Below, one piece after another: positions 11,101 to 23,272 of a DNA stretch of 64,000 nt. The notes under the pieces are model-generated. The model was not told where the DNA came from. It saw only the letters and a program-made list of their open reading frames with translations, and ran no database searches. This DNA comes from Antedon mediterranea. Its lineage: Eukaryota > Animalia > Echinodermata. The stretch's first letter is position 1. Every line of letters starts with the position of its first letter. A program made the position numbers and the translations under genes. The stretch is from positions 17,236,001 through 17,300,000 of the forward strand of contig NC_092674.1 in NCBI RefSeq assembly GCF_964355755.1, given 5' to 3'.

Positions 11101-14100
11101 GATGGCTGAAGAGCTGATAATATGAAATTAATGATCAATCAATGAAAAATAATGCCATGCAACTTTGTTTCTGATTTAAAAAAAGGTCAACTTCTTTAGA
11201 CCTGATATTTACAACTCTCAAAATATCTCATTTTCAAACAAAATATTTATTTTCAATTAAAAAAAGAAAAGAAAAGATATATCCCTAGAGGTTCGAACCC
11301 GCTACTGAGAGCACTCAAACCTGGGTATTACCCGTTACGCCACAAACCAGTAGATGGCTGAAGAGCTGATAATATGAAATGAATGATCAATCAATGAAAA
11401 ATAATGTTTTGCAACTTTGTTTCTGATTTTAAAAAAGGTCCACTTGTTTAGGCCTGACATTTACAACTATAACAATATCTCACTTTCAAAAACAATATTT
11501 ATTTTCAAATACAAAAAAAAAGAAAAAAAATACACCGCAAACCAATAGATGACTGAAGAGCTGATAATAGTCTATTTATATGAAATAGATGATCAATCAA
11601 TGAAAAATAATGCCATGCAACTTTGTTTCTGATTTAAAAAAATGTCCACTTGTTTAGGCCTGACATTTACAACCCTCAAAATATTTCACTTTCAAAAATA
11701 ATATTTATTTTCAATTAAAAAAAAAAGAAAAAAAATACCCGTGTAGGTTCGAACCCACTGCTGAGAGCGCTCAAACTTGAGCATTACCCGTTACGCCACA
11801 AACCAGTAGATGACTGAATAGCTGATAATAGTCTATTTATATGTAATGAATTATCAATCAATGAAAAATAATGCCATGCAACTTTGTTTCTGATTTTATA
11901 AAAGGTCCACTTGTTTAGGCCTGACATTTACAACCCTCAAAATATCTCACTTTCAAAAACAATATTTATTTTCAATTAAAAAAAAAAGAAAAAAATATAC
12001 CCGTGTAGGTTCGAACCCACTGCTGAGAGCGCTCAAACCTGAGCATTACCCGTTACGCCACAAACCAGTAGATGACTGAAGAGCTGATAATAGTCTATTT
12101 ATATGAAATGAAATGAATGATCAATCAATGAAAAATAATGCCATGCAACTTTGTTTCTGATTGAAAAAAAGATCCGTTTGTTTAGGCCTGACATTTACAA
12201 CCCTCAAAATATCTCATTTTCAAACAAAATATTTATTTTCAATAAAAAAAAAAAAGAAATATCCCTAGAGGTTCGAACACCGCTACTAAGAGCACTCAAA
12301 CCTGGGTATTACCCGTTACGCCACAAACCAGTAGATGACTGAAGAGCTGATAATATGAAATGAATGATCAATCAATGAAAAATAATGTTATGCAAGTTTG
12401 TTTCTGATTTTAAAAAAGGTCCACTTGTTTAGGCCTGACATTTACAACTATAACAATATCTCACTTTCAAAAACAATATTTATTTTCAAATACAACAAAA
12501 AGAAAAAAAAATATCCCTAGAAGTTCGAACCCACTATTGAAATCACTCAAGCCTGAGCATTACCCGTTACGCCGCAAACCAGTAGACGACTGAAGAGCTG
12601 ATAATAGTCTATTTATATGAAATAGATGATCAATCAATGAAAAATAATGCCATGCAACTTTGTTTCTGATTTAAAAAAATGTCCACTTGTTTAGGCCTGA
12701 CATTTACAACCCTCAAAATATCTCACTTTCAAAAACAATATTTATTTTCAATTAAAAAAAAAAAAAAAGAGCCTAGAGGTTCGAACCCACTACTGAGAGC
12801 ACTCAAATCTGAGTATTACCCGTTACGACACAAACCAGTAGATGACTGAAGAGCTGATAATAGTCTATTTATATGAAATGAATGATCAATCAATGAAAAA
12901 TAATGTTATGAAACTTTGTTTCTGATTTTAAAAAAGGTCCACTTGTTTAGGCCTGACATTTATAACTATAACAATATCTCACTTTCAAAAACAATATTTA
13001 TTTTCAAATACAAAAAAAAGAAAAAAAATACACCGCAAACCAATAGATGACTGAAGAGCTGATAATAGTCTATTTATATGAAATAGATGATAAATCAATG
13101 AAAAATAATGCCATGCAACTTTGTTTCTGATTTTAAAAAAGGTCCACTTGTTTAGGCCTGGCATTTACAACCCTCAAAATATCTCATTTTCAAAAACAAT
13201 ATTTATTTTCAATTAAAAAAAAAAGAAAAAAAAATTCCCGTGTAGGTTCGAACCCACTGCTGAGAGCACTCAAACATGAGCATTACCCGTTACGCCACAA
13301 ACCAGTAGATAACTGAAGAGCTGATAATAGTCTATTTATATGAAATGAATGATCAATCAATGAAAAATAATGCCATGCAACTTTGTTTCTGATTGAAAAA
13401 AAGATCCGTTTGTTTAGGCCTGACATTTACAACCCTCAAAATATCTCATTTTCAAACAAAATATTTATTTTCAATAAAAAAAAAAAAAGAAATATCCCTA
13501 GAGGTTGGAACACGCTACTGAGAGCACTCAAACCTGGGTATTACCCGTTACGCCACAAACCAGTAGATGACTGAAGAGCTGATAATATGAAATTAATGAT
13601 CAATCAATGAAAAATAATGCCATGCAACTTTGTTTCTGATTTTAAAAAAGATCCATTTGTTTAGGCCTGACATTTACAACCCTCAAAATATCTCATTTTC
13701 AAAAAAAATATTTATTTTCAATAAGAAAAAGAAGCAATATCCCTGGAGGTTGAAACCCGCTACTGAGAGCACTCAAACCTGGGTATTACCACTGACGCCA
13801 CAAACCAGTAGATGACTGAAGAGCTGATAATATGAAATTAATAATCAATCAATGAAAAATAATGCCATGCAACTTTGTTTCTGATTTTAAAAAAGGTCCA
13901 CTTGTTTAGGCCTGACATTTACAACCCTCAAAATAACTCACTTTCAAAAACAATATTTAATTTCAATTAAAAATAAAAAAGAAAAAAAATATCCGAAGAG
14001 ATTCAAACCCACTACTGAGCGAACTCAAACATGAGCATTACCGGTTACGCCACAAGCCAGTAGATGACTGACGAGATCATAATAGTCTATTTATATGAAA

Positions 14101-14640
14101 TGAATGATCAATCAATGAAAAATAATGTTACGTAACTTTGTTTCTCATTTTAAAAAAGGTCCACTTATTTTATTTAGGCTTGACATTTACAACCCTCAAA
14201 ATATCTCACTTTCAAAAACAATATTTATTTTCAATTAAAAAAAAAGAAAAAAAATACCCCTATAGGTTCGAACCCACTGCTGAGAGCAATAATAAAAAAA
14301 GAAAAAAAAATCCCGTACAGGTTCGAACCCACTATGGAGAGCACTCAAACCTGAGCATTACCCGTTACGCCACAAACCAGTAGATGACTGAAGATAGTCT
14401 ATTTATATAAAAATGAATGATCAATCATTGGAAAATAATGCCATGCAACTTTGTTTCTGATTTTAAAAAAGGTCCAATTGTTTAGGCCTGACATTTACAA
14501 CCCCTCAAAATATCTCACTTTCAAAAACAATATTTATTTTCAAATAAAAAAAAAATCTTTACAGGTTCGAACCCACTACTGGGAGCACTCAAAACTGAGC
14601 ATTACCCGTTATGCCATAAAGTAGTACACGACAGAACAGT
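5195..14640. repeat. Satellite 1, ~245-262-bp monomer with a tRNA-like Pol III module on the minus strand
   Basis: More than 35 tandem monomers (gatcaatcaatgaaaaataatg...ggttcgaaccc...ttacccgttacgccacaaaccagtagatgactgaagagc). The minus strand reads TGGCGTAACGG (A box-like), GGTTCGAACC (B box), then an oligo-T run. Confidence 0.95.
7670..13090. repeat. Higher-order repeat in satellite 1: two copies of an 11-monomer, ~2710-bp block
   Basis: Diagnostic variants recur at a 2709-2710 offset: identical ORFs at 9442 and 12151, accgtatatg at ~7817 and ~10527, and truncated monomers at 8821/11531 and 10321/13029. Confidence 0.9.
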
Positions 14641-16137
14641 TTTAATAGTCTATTTATAAGTGTATTACGCAATTCATCATTACGTCATAAATATCATATT
14701 AACCTTGTTAAAACCAAAATGGCAAGTTAGCTCAGACGACTGAGCGTCGTGTTGACAACACGTATGTCGTGGGTTCGATTCCCACGCTGGTCGGTGGAAT
14801 AAAGTTAAAGGTATGCGACCAACTGCGTTTGGGGTTCACAGAATTTACGTCCCCTTTCCACCACACATCTTGAGAAGGCACTAGCAATGCATCTAGTGAT
14901 GATGTGGTGTAAACGACCCCAAGGCTGTGGCAGGGCCTTAGTGCTGAGGCAGGGAGAGCACATTTTTAAATTTGTCTTGGCTTTCGCTACATGTATTTGA
15001 TCTCGTAAATTTTATGTTTATCGCCCTCAATTTAATGTAAAAAGAAATTAATTTATCTTCATTACGTGTTTAGAAGAGAATGTATGTCTCACCGTAGTTT
15101 GGTATGCCGTTTGTTATTATGCAAATGAGTTTTTGCAGGTGTAGTGGGAAAGATGGTATTGTTAGTAATTCGCGGTCAACACGCCACACTGTTGAATTTT
15201 GATTTTGTTAATCAAGAAGGTTGCTACATTGGTAGCGAAATTTCCGATTCATGCAAGATATTGTATTGTAATATGTTATGAATAAACATGTATGGATGGT
15301 AGTTGGTGTGTATGGCCGCACCATCCCAGAATAAACATGTTTTAAACAGATAGTTTGTCTCCGATGATTTTTGTATGGGGTTAATGAAGAGATCAAATAT
15401 AGAACCTTTGCAAAGATGCCGATTTCCAGACCGATTTCGAAACTTAGACTAATTCCGCCGCCGGGCTAGGCCTTAGGCATATACGAAGTCGAGTTTTTAA
15501 AGTAGAAAACTCTACCTAAACTTTTGAATTCGCATCTGGATAGTTGAATTTTTAACAAATATCATAAATATCATAGGTGATTATGTATGGTAATAAGTAT
15601 AAGTATAAGTGCAATTCTGGGCTCTATTTTCATTATTAGCTCTGCCCCAAACATGGTGGGCTAGTAGGCCTACTGGAGACCTAATATTTAATTTCATATT
15701 TCAATGAATAGGTGCACTTTCCGGGGACAAGGTCTATTCTCCTTGTTAGTCTTATATATTTTGTTTCATATAATTTCAAATCATGTAAAGTACCATTTTC
15801 AGGCGGGAGTCTGTGCAACTCTATTTTTTTAATTTTAAACAGTTTGGTATGCCGTCGTGGTTTTTATGCAAATGAGCTTGTGCACGTGTATTATGGGGAA
15901 GATAATATGTTAATCATTCGCGGTCAACACGCCACACTGTTAAATTTTGATGCTGTTAATATTTACAGTAGAATATTGTTCAAATCATGTATATAAAACA
16001 TTTTCCGGGCGGGAACACAGCAGCTCTCGAAAAGAACTCTAGGTGGAAAAGAAGCTCACCCATGAGTACTGAATATGAAGGAGCACATTGGCTTCTTTTG
16101 GAGGCTTTATGGCAGTCTTTTTACATGTATTTGATTT
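14640..16137. repeat. ~1.5-kb non-satellite spacer, copy 1 of a ~2.41-kb duplication
   Basis: Highly similar to 17040-18541 at an offset of ~2407. It has an older internal duplication (15095-15212 vs 15841-15960). Confidence 0.9.
14721..14967 (+). mobile_element. tRNA-headed SINE-like / Pol III unit, copy 1
   Basis: 14721-14793 resembles a tRNA-Ile body (GGCAAGTTAGCTCAG...GGGTTCGATTCCC) with anticodon loop TTGACAA and no D-loop GG. A structured body and TTTTT follow. Confidence 0.7.
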
Positions 16138-17040
16138 AAAAAACAATATTTATTTTCAATTAAAAAAAAAAATAATAAAAAAATAAAAATATCCGTAGAG
16201 GTTCGGACCCAATGCTGAGAGAACACAAACTTGAGCATTACCCGTTACGCCACAAACCAGTAGATGACTGAAGAGCTGATAATACTCTATTTATATGAAA
16301 TGAATGATCAATCAATGAAAAATAAAGTTATGCAACTTTCTGATTTTAAAAAAGGTCCACTTTTTTTAGGCCTGACATTTACAACCTTCAAAATATCTAA
16401 CTTTCAAAAACAATATTTATTTTCAATTAAAAAAAAAGAGAAAAACAATATCCCTAGAGGTTTGAAACCACTATTGAGAGCACTCAAACCTGAGCATTAC
16501 CCGTTACGCCACAAACCAGTAGATGACTGATGAGCTGATAATAGTCTATTTATATGAATGGATGATCAATCAATGAAAAATAATGCTATGCAACTTTGTT
16601 TCTGATTTTAAAAAAGGTCCACTTGGTTAGGCCTGACATTTACAACCATAAAATATCTCACTTTTAAAAACAATTTTTATTTTCATTAATAAAAAAAGAA
16701 AAAAAATTCCCGTAGAGGTTCGAACCCACTACGGAGAGCACTCAAACCTGAGCATTACCCGTTACGCCACAAACCAGTATATGACTGAAGAGCTGATAAT
16801 AGTCTATTTATATGAAATGAATGATCAATCATTGAAAAATAATGCCATGCAACTTTGTTTCTGATTTTAAAAAAGGTCCACTTGTTTAGGCCTGACATTT
16901 ACAACCCTCAAAATATCTCACTTTCAAAAACAATATTTATTTTCAAATAAAAAAAAATATATCCTTACAGGTTCGAACCCACTACTGGGAGCACTCAAAA
17001 CTGAGCACTCCCCGTTATGCCATAAAGTATTACACGACAG
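16138..17040. repeat. Satellite 1 monomers
   Basis: Same monomer as 5195-14640. Confidence 0.9.
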
Positions 17041-18541
17041 AACAGTTTATAATAGTCTATTTATAAGTGTATTACGTAATTCATCATTACGTCATAAATA
17101 TCATATTAACATTGTTAAAACCAACATGGCCAGTTAGCTCAGACGACTGAGCGTCGTGTTGACAACACGTATGTCGTGGGTTCGATTCCCACGCTGGTCG
17201 GTGGAATAGAGTTAAAGGTATGCGACCAACTGTGTTTGGGGTTCACAGAATTTACGTCCCCCTTTCCACCACACATCTTGAGAAGGCACTAGCAATGCAT
17301 CTGGTGATGATGTGGTGGAAACGACACCAAGGCTGTGGCAGGGCCTTAGTGCTGAGGCAGGGAGAGCACATTTTAATTTTTTTTTTGGCTTTCGCTACAT
17401 GTATTTGATCTCGTAAATTTTATGTTTAGCGCCCTCAATTTAATGTAAAAAGAAATTAATTTATCTTCATTACGTGTTTAGAAGAAAATGTATGTCTCAC
17501 CGTAGTTTGGTGTGCCGTTTGTTATTATGCAACTGAGTTTTTGCAGGTGTAGTGGGAAAGATGGTATTGTTAGTAATTCGCGGTCAACAAGCCACACTGT
17601 TGAATTTTGATTTTGTTAATCAATGTTGCTACATTGGTAGCGAAATGTCCGATTCATGCAAGATATTGTATTGTAATATGTTATGAATAAACATTTATGG
17701 ATGGTAGTTGGTGTGTATGGCCGCACCGTCCCAGAATAAACATGTTTTAAACAGATAGTTTGTCTCCGATGATTTTTGTATGGGGTTAATGGAGAGTGAA
17801 ATAGATCAAATATAGAACATTTGCAAAGATGCCGATTTCCAGACCGATTTCGAAACTTAGACTAATTCCGCCGCCGGGCTAGGTCTTAGGCATATACAAA
17901 TTCGAGTTTTTAATGTAGAAAACTCTACCTAAACTTTTGAATTCGCATCTGGATAGTTGAATTTTTAACAAATATCATAAATATCATAGGTGATTATGTA
18001 TGGTAAAAAGTATAAGTATAAGTGTAATTCTGGGCTCTATTTTCATTATTAGCTCTGCCCCAAACATGGTGGGCTAGTAGGCCTACTGGAGACCTAATAT
18101 TTAATTTCATATTTCAATGAATAGGTGCACTTTCCGGGGACAAGCTCTATTGTCCTTGTTAGTCTTAAATATTTTGTTTCATATAATTTCAAATCATGTA
18201 AAGTACCATTTTCAGGCGGGAGTCTGTGCAACTCTATTTTTATTTATTTTAAACAGTTTGGTATGCCGTCGTTGTTGTTATGCAAATGAGCTTGTGCACG
18301 TGTATTATGGGGAAGATAATATGTTAATCATTCGCGGTCAACACTGTTAAATTTTGATGCTGTTAATATTTACATTAGAATATTGTTCAAATCATGTAAA
18401 TAAACATTTTCCGGGCGGGAACCCATCAGCTCTCGAACAGAACTCCAGGTGGAAAAGAAGCTCACCCACGAGTACTGAATATGAAGGAGCACATTGGCTT
18501 CTTTTGGAGGCTTTATGGCAGTCTTTTTACATGTATTTGAT
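17040..18541. repeat. ~1.5-kb non-satellite spacer, copy 2
   Basis: Duplicate of 14640-16137. Confidence 0.9.
17128..17374 (+). mobile_element. tRNA-headed SINE-like / Pol III unit, copy 2
   Basis: The acceptor stem GGCCAGT/GCTGGTC pairs fully, and the T-arm is GTGGG-TTCGATT-CCCAC. The body has hairpin ttccaccacacatc/gatgatgtggtggaa and ends in T runs. Confidence 0.72.
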
Positions 18542-19053
18542 TTCAAAAACAATATTTATTTTCAATTAAAAAAAATAATTAAAAAAAATAAAACTATCCG
18601 TAGAGGTTCGAACCCAATGCTGAGAGCACACAAACTTGAGCATTACCCGTTACGCCACAAACCAGTAGATGACTGAAGAGTTGATAATACTCTATTTATA
18701 TGAAATGGATGATCAATCAATGAAAAATAATGTTATGCAACTTTCTGATTTTAAAAAAGGTCCACTTTTTTTAAGCCTGACATTTACAACCTTCAAAATA
18801 TCTAACTTTCAAAAACAATATTTATTTTCAATTAAAAAAAAAAGAGAAAAAATATCAATAGAGGTTCTAAACCACTATTGAGAGCACTCAAACCTGAGCA
18901 TTACCCTTTACGCCACAAACCAGTAGATGACTTATGAGCTGATTATAGTCTATTTATATGAATGGATGATCAATCATTGAAAAATAATGCTATGCAACTT
19001 TATTTCTGATTTTTAAAAAGGTCGACTTGGTTAGGCATGACATTTACAACCAT
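18542..19053. repeat. Satellite 1 monomers (interrupted by the HINE insertion)
   Basis: The monomer breaks at catttacaaccata and resumes as aaaatatctcac at 23534. Confidence 0.9.
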
Positions 19054-19136
19054 AACAAGCACGAATGTGCAATACTCGGGGTACAGCGAAAGAAGCTGTA
19101 TACAGACGTAATACAGTTAGAAAGTTAAAGAAAAAT

Positions 19137-19208
19137 AGGTTTCGCCAGGGCTCGAACCGGGACCTTTTGCGTGTTAAGCAGACTTGACAACCACTACACT
19201 ACGAAACC
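19137..19208 (-). tRNA. tRNA-Val(AAC)-like sequence, probably a pseudogene carried by the HINE
   Basis: GGTTTCGTAGTGTAGTGGTTGTCAAGTCTGCTTAACACGCAAAAGGTCCCGGTTCGAGCCCTGGCGAAACC has a perfect 7-bp acceptor stem, AAC anticodon, single mismatches in the D, anticodon and T stems, and a T-run downstream. Confidence 0.7.
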
Positions 19209-19341
19209 TCTTACATTAAAATTGTGGGTTACAGAAAGTTTTTTAATCCATGATCTGTTTACGGTAACGTATTGACTCATTTCATAGCCGGTAAGTTTTT
19301 TTCTAGGTGGATTTTGACTTGGATTAGATTGTTGATTTATC

Positions 19342-20832
19342 ATGGCTACGTTTCGACATACCGGTTTGCCTACTCTATTAGTGATCCTGCTGGCGGCGAT
19401 AACAAAATGGAATGCCAGGGACGTCCAGAGAAATTCCAATGATTTGCGTACAAGCAGTCCGTTTAAGGAATTCTTCACTAGCCAACATGGAATCACAGCA
19501 CTTAAATTATGTTCTACGTCATACTTTGAAAAGGTATATCCACGCAGACACGGTCACGGAGGAAAAACTAAAACACGGGCAATACGACTTGGAGTTTTAT
19601 TGAGACATTTTGCGTTTATGATTCTTGTTTTAAGTGGAGATATATCGTCTAACCCTGGACCCACAACTTGTGATCCATGTGGGCTGTGTTCAGGATCTGT
19701 GAAATCAAATCAACGAGGTATCTGCTGCGATGGATGTGACTCATGGTACCACATTAAATGTGCGAATATCTCTATTAAAGAATACAATCGCCTTGCCAAA
19801 TCGGATTCGGACTGGCATTGCTACTCATGTATGGTACCTATCTTCAGTGATTCATTATTTGAAGATGATACTATTAATATATCTGATGTTTCGTACACGG
19901 AGTTGTTAAATGCCAATTTGGAAAACGAGGATAGGCTGCTCAACGAGTTGGAATGTAAACTTCTTTGTGGTAAGGGTTTGATATTTATTCACCTTAACGT
20001 TAGAAGTTTACGTAACAAAATCGATCAAATTCGAGATATTGCAAAAAATACGAACGCATCAGTCATTGCAATAAGTGAGTCGTGGCTCGATGATTCAATC
20101 AATGATGCTGAAATAAAAATTGAAAATTTCTCAATAGAAAGGAAAGACAGAAATGGAAAAGGGGGTGGAGTGTGTTTATATATACGCAATACTATTTCAT
20201 ACTCAGTCAGAAATGATTTGGACAGAGAGGATATCGAATGCAAATGGATTGATATAATTTTGCCAAAGTCGAAGCCAATTTTAACCGGTGTTTGCTATCG
20301 CCCACCAAAACAAGGTACATTTTTTAACTGTTTAGAAAACCTGCTTATGACTGTTGGAAACTTCATTGCTCAAGAAATTATTATTCTTGGAGACTTTAAT
20401 GTAAATGTTTTAAATTGTAATCGTAACAACTATGAGTCAGTGACTAACTTCTGTAATATTTTTGGTCTTGAACAACTTATCACTGAACCAACTAGGATCA
20501 GTGATAACAATAGCTCAGCAATAGATTTGATCGTTGCCAGTGATCCTTTAAAAATTAAGGCCAGTGGAGTAATTCCTATTGGACTAAGTGATCACTTTTT
20601 AACGTTTTGTAGAAGAAAACGGACTAATATCATTTCTGGCATACACAGAACAATTGATGTTAGATCAATGAAAAATTACAGTTCTGATTCACTGACTCAT
20701 ATGCTTAATAGTATTGACTGGTCAGATTGTATTAGTTTAACTTGTGTTCAATCTTCATGGGATACATTTAAAGATAAGTTTCTGCGTATAATTGATTCAA
20801 TTGCTCCTAAAAAAAAGTTAGGGTTAAAGTAA
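19342..20832 (+). pseudogene. LINE polyprotein N-terminal part: 2A-like peptide, PHD finger, apurinic endonuclease
   Basis: LSGDISSNPGP; C-x2-C...CDGCDSWYHIKC...WHCYSC; APE motifs HLNVRSL, ISESWL, GGGVCLYI, YRPP, GDFN, AIDLI and SDH. There is a frameshift in the A-run at ~20810. Confidence 0.93.
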
Positions 20833-20885
20833 AAGATCAACCATGGTTTGACTCCGAATTAAGAGATCTTAGGCAAAGAGACAAA

Positions 20886-22837
20886 ATGTTAATTAGATAT
20901 CGTAGTACAAAGGATGTGATGCATCTCAAAGGTTTTAGAAAACTCCGAAATAGTGTAAATTATAAAATTAAAAAAGCTAAAGTAAATTTTTATTCTGAAC
21001 AACTTCAAGAAAATAAATACAAACCAAAACAATTATGGAAAGTTCTTAAAGGTCTTGGAACCTCTAAATCAAATAATAATGACAAGAAACAGGTTAGTCT
21101 TGAGATCAACAATGAATATGTTCATGATAAGAAAGAAGTTGCTGAAGAGTTTAATTCGTACTTCACCAACGTTGCTGGAGAGCTAGTAAACAAACTTGAC
21201 CCTCCTAGTAATACTTATAACTTGGAACATGTCAATGTCTTTTACAGTAGCAAAGGTGTCTTTCCTAATGATTTTTCTTTCATAGAATTATCTGAAGATA
21301 ATGTTCTTAAAGCTTTGACACAATTATCGACGAGTAAAGCTACCGGAATAGATACTCTACCAGCCAAATTCTTCAAAGATGGGGCTTCTGCAATAGCAAA
21401 ACCATTAACTCATATTATTAAGTTGTCCTTCACATCCGGTATTGTACCCAAAGAATGGAAATTAGCGAGAGTCATCCCAATTCACAAAAAGGGTAGTAAA
21501 ACGGTGGTAGGTAACTATCGTCCGGTGTCTATACTCTCGGCTTTTTCTAAAGTTGTTGAAAGACTAGTACATGACCAATTGATGGAATACCTTAATTCTA
21601 AATCACTTATCTATGATTTCCAATGTGGGTTCCGAGCAAATTTTTCGACAGATCTTTGTTTAATTCACCTAACTGACCATATTAAAAAGAATTGGGATAA
21701 AGGTAATTTAACAGGTATGATAGTCTTAGACCTACAAAAGGCTTTCGATACTGTAGACCATCAGATTTTACTAGGCAAAATGAGAGCATTAGGATTGTCC
21801 CAAACAGTAATAGGTTGGTTTAAATCATATTTAACAGATAGATGGCAGGTAGTTGATAATTGTGGTACTCTTTCAACGTGGAAAAAAATAACATGTGGGG
21901 TCCCTCAGGGGTCAATATTGGGCCCACTGTTGTTCTTAATGTATGTGAATGATATGGAATCTGCATTGAGTAGTAAACTGCTCCTTTATGCCGATGATTC
22001 TGCTATAGTTGTATCTGATAAAAGTGTCGCCAATATACAAAATGTATTGTCAAAAGAATTAAAATCTATTAATTCTTGGTTATTAGATAATAGATTGTAA
22101 TTGCATCTAGGCAAAACGTATTCAATTCTATTTGGATCTAAACGTAAACTCAGAAATCAACAAGAATTGAAAGTTACATGCAATGATTATATAATCACAA
22201 ACAAACCTACAGTAAGTTATCTAGGACTTGAACTCGATAACAATCTAGCTGGAGATTATATAGGTAAATCAGTTATAAAGAAAGTAAACTCAAGGGTAAA
22301 ATTTTTATATAGAAATAGAAAGTATTTAACTTTCAGAGATCTTAAGTTACTAGCAAATAGTTTGGTGTTATGCCTTTATGATTATGCTTGTAGCGTGTGG
22401 TACTCTGGATTAAAAAAAACATTAAAAGTTAAATTGCAAACTGCACAAAATAAGACGGTCAGATGTATTCTTGGTCTTGAACCAAGGGATCACATTGGGG
22501 CTAATGAATTAAACAAACTGAATTGGCTCCCAGTAGACTTAAGAGTTAAACAGATAAAACTTTGTCACATGTATCGTATTACTAATGGATTAAGCCCTAC
22601 GTTTAAGAATGATGGTATTAGTAGAGCAAATGTAATTCACAAGTACAATACTAGATTTGCAACTCAATCAATTTATAGACCATATATATAGGTAACCACT
22701 CCCAAACAACCTTTGTTAACACGGCAATAACGTCATGGAATCACCTGCCAAAATTGATACAGTGTTCAGAAACCATCAATCAATTCAAAAGAAATATCAG
22801 GAAACATCTCAAAGAGGTTATGCTTGAAAGATTATAA
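20886..22837 (+). pseudogene. LINE reverse transcriptase region (nonsense codon at 22098-22100, frameshift at ~22690)
   Basis: NYRPVSIL, QCGFR, DLQKAFDTVDH, GVPQGSILGPLLF and YADD. DNRL*LHLGKT continues in frame, and a third frame ends SWNHLP...FKRNIRKHL. Confidence 0.93.
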
Positions 22838-23200
22838 TTTATATTTATATTGTTACTACATGTGTTATTGTTTATTGTAAATGTTTATTCTTATGGTGTT
22901 TTTATCCTTAAGGGCCACAATGGAAATAAGTTTGACCTTTGGTTACTTTTTTTTGTTACCCTGAATTCATTCTTTGTATTTTTTTTATGTTGTGTTATTT
23001 TATGAATTCGAATAAAGAAATGAAAAAAATTTAAATTACAAATAAATGGTAATAAGCACAAAGCAAAATAAACATGTGTAAAAGTGATAATTACCGATTA
23101 CACAAAATAAGTATTTAAAAGAATAATAATAATAAGATATACTGTGTATAATTATCATATTGCGTATACAGTACTTTTCACCATAAAGTTTAAAAAAAAA

Positions 23201-23272
23201 GGTTTAGCCCGGGCTCGAACCAGGTACCTTCTGCGTAATGAGCAAACGTGATAACCACTACGCCAAGAAGCC
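23201..23272 (-). pseudogene. Second, more degenerate tRNA-Val-derived module in the HINE
   Basis: GGCTTCTTGGCGTAGTGGTTATCACGTTTGCTCATTACGCAGAAGGTACCTGGTTCGAGCCCGGGCTAAACC followed by T9. The A and B boxes are intact; the acceptor stem and anticodon are decayed. Confidence 0.7.

Larger units (their letters stand above)
19215..23035 (+). mobile_element. CR1/L2-group non-LTR retrotransposon (single ORF: PHD-APE-RT), near full length, inactivated
   Basis: Continuous coding remnant from 19342 to ~22837, an AT-rich 3' UTR, and an aataaagaaatgaaaaaaa tail. The 5' boundary is approximate. Confidence 0.9.

Noticed and set aside
5195-14640. Tandem tRNA gene cluster
   Set aside because: Only the A/B boxes and T-loop are retained; there is no acceptor or anticodon stem.
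14943-14960. 7SL/Alu-like GCTGAGGCAGG in the SINE-like body
   Set aside because: The match is only ~11 nt, with no other SRP Alu-domain similarity.
15087-15130. snRNA promoter (PSE-like tctcaccgta plus octamer)
   Set aside because: The order and spacing are wrong for DSE/PSE, and no snRNA is recognisable downstream.
5989-18881. Recurrent 60-90-aa ORFs (MFLILKK..., MTEELII...)
   Set aside because: These are chance translations of satellite 1 whose frames depend on poly-A length.
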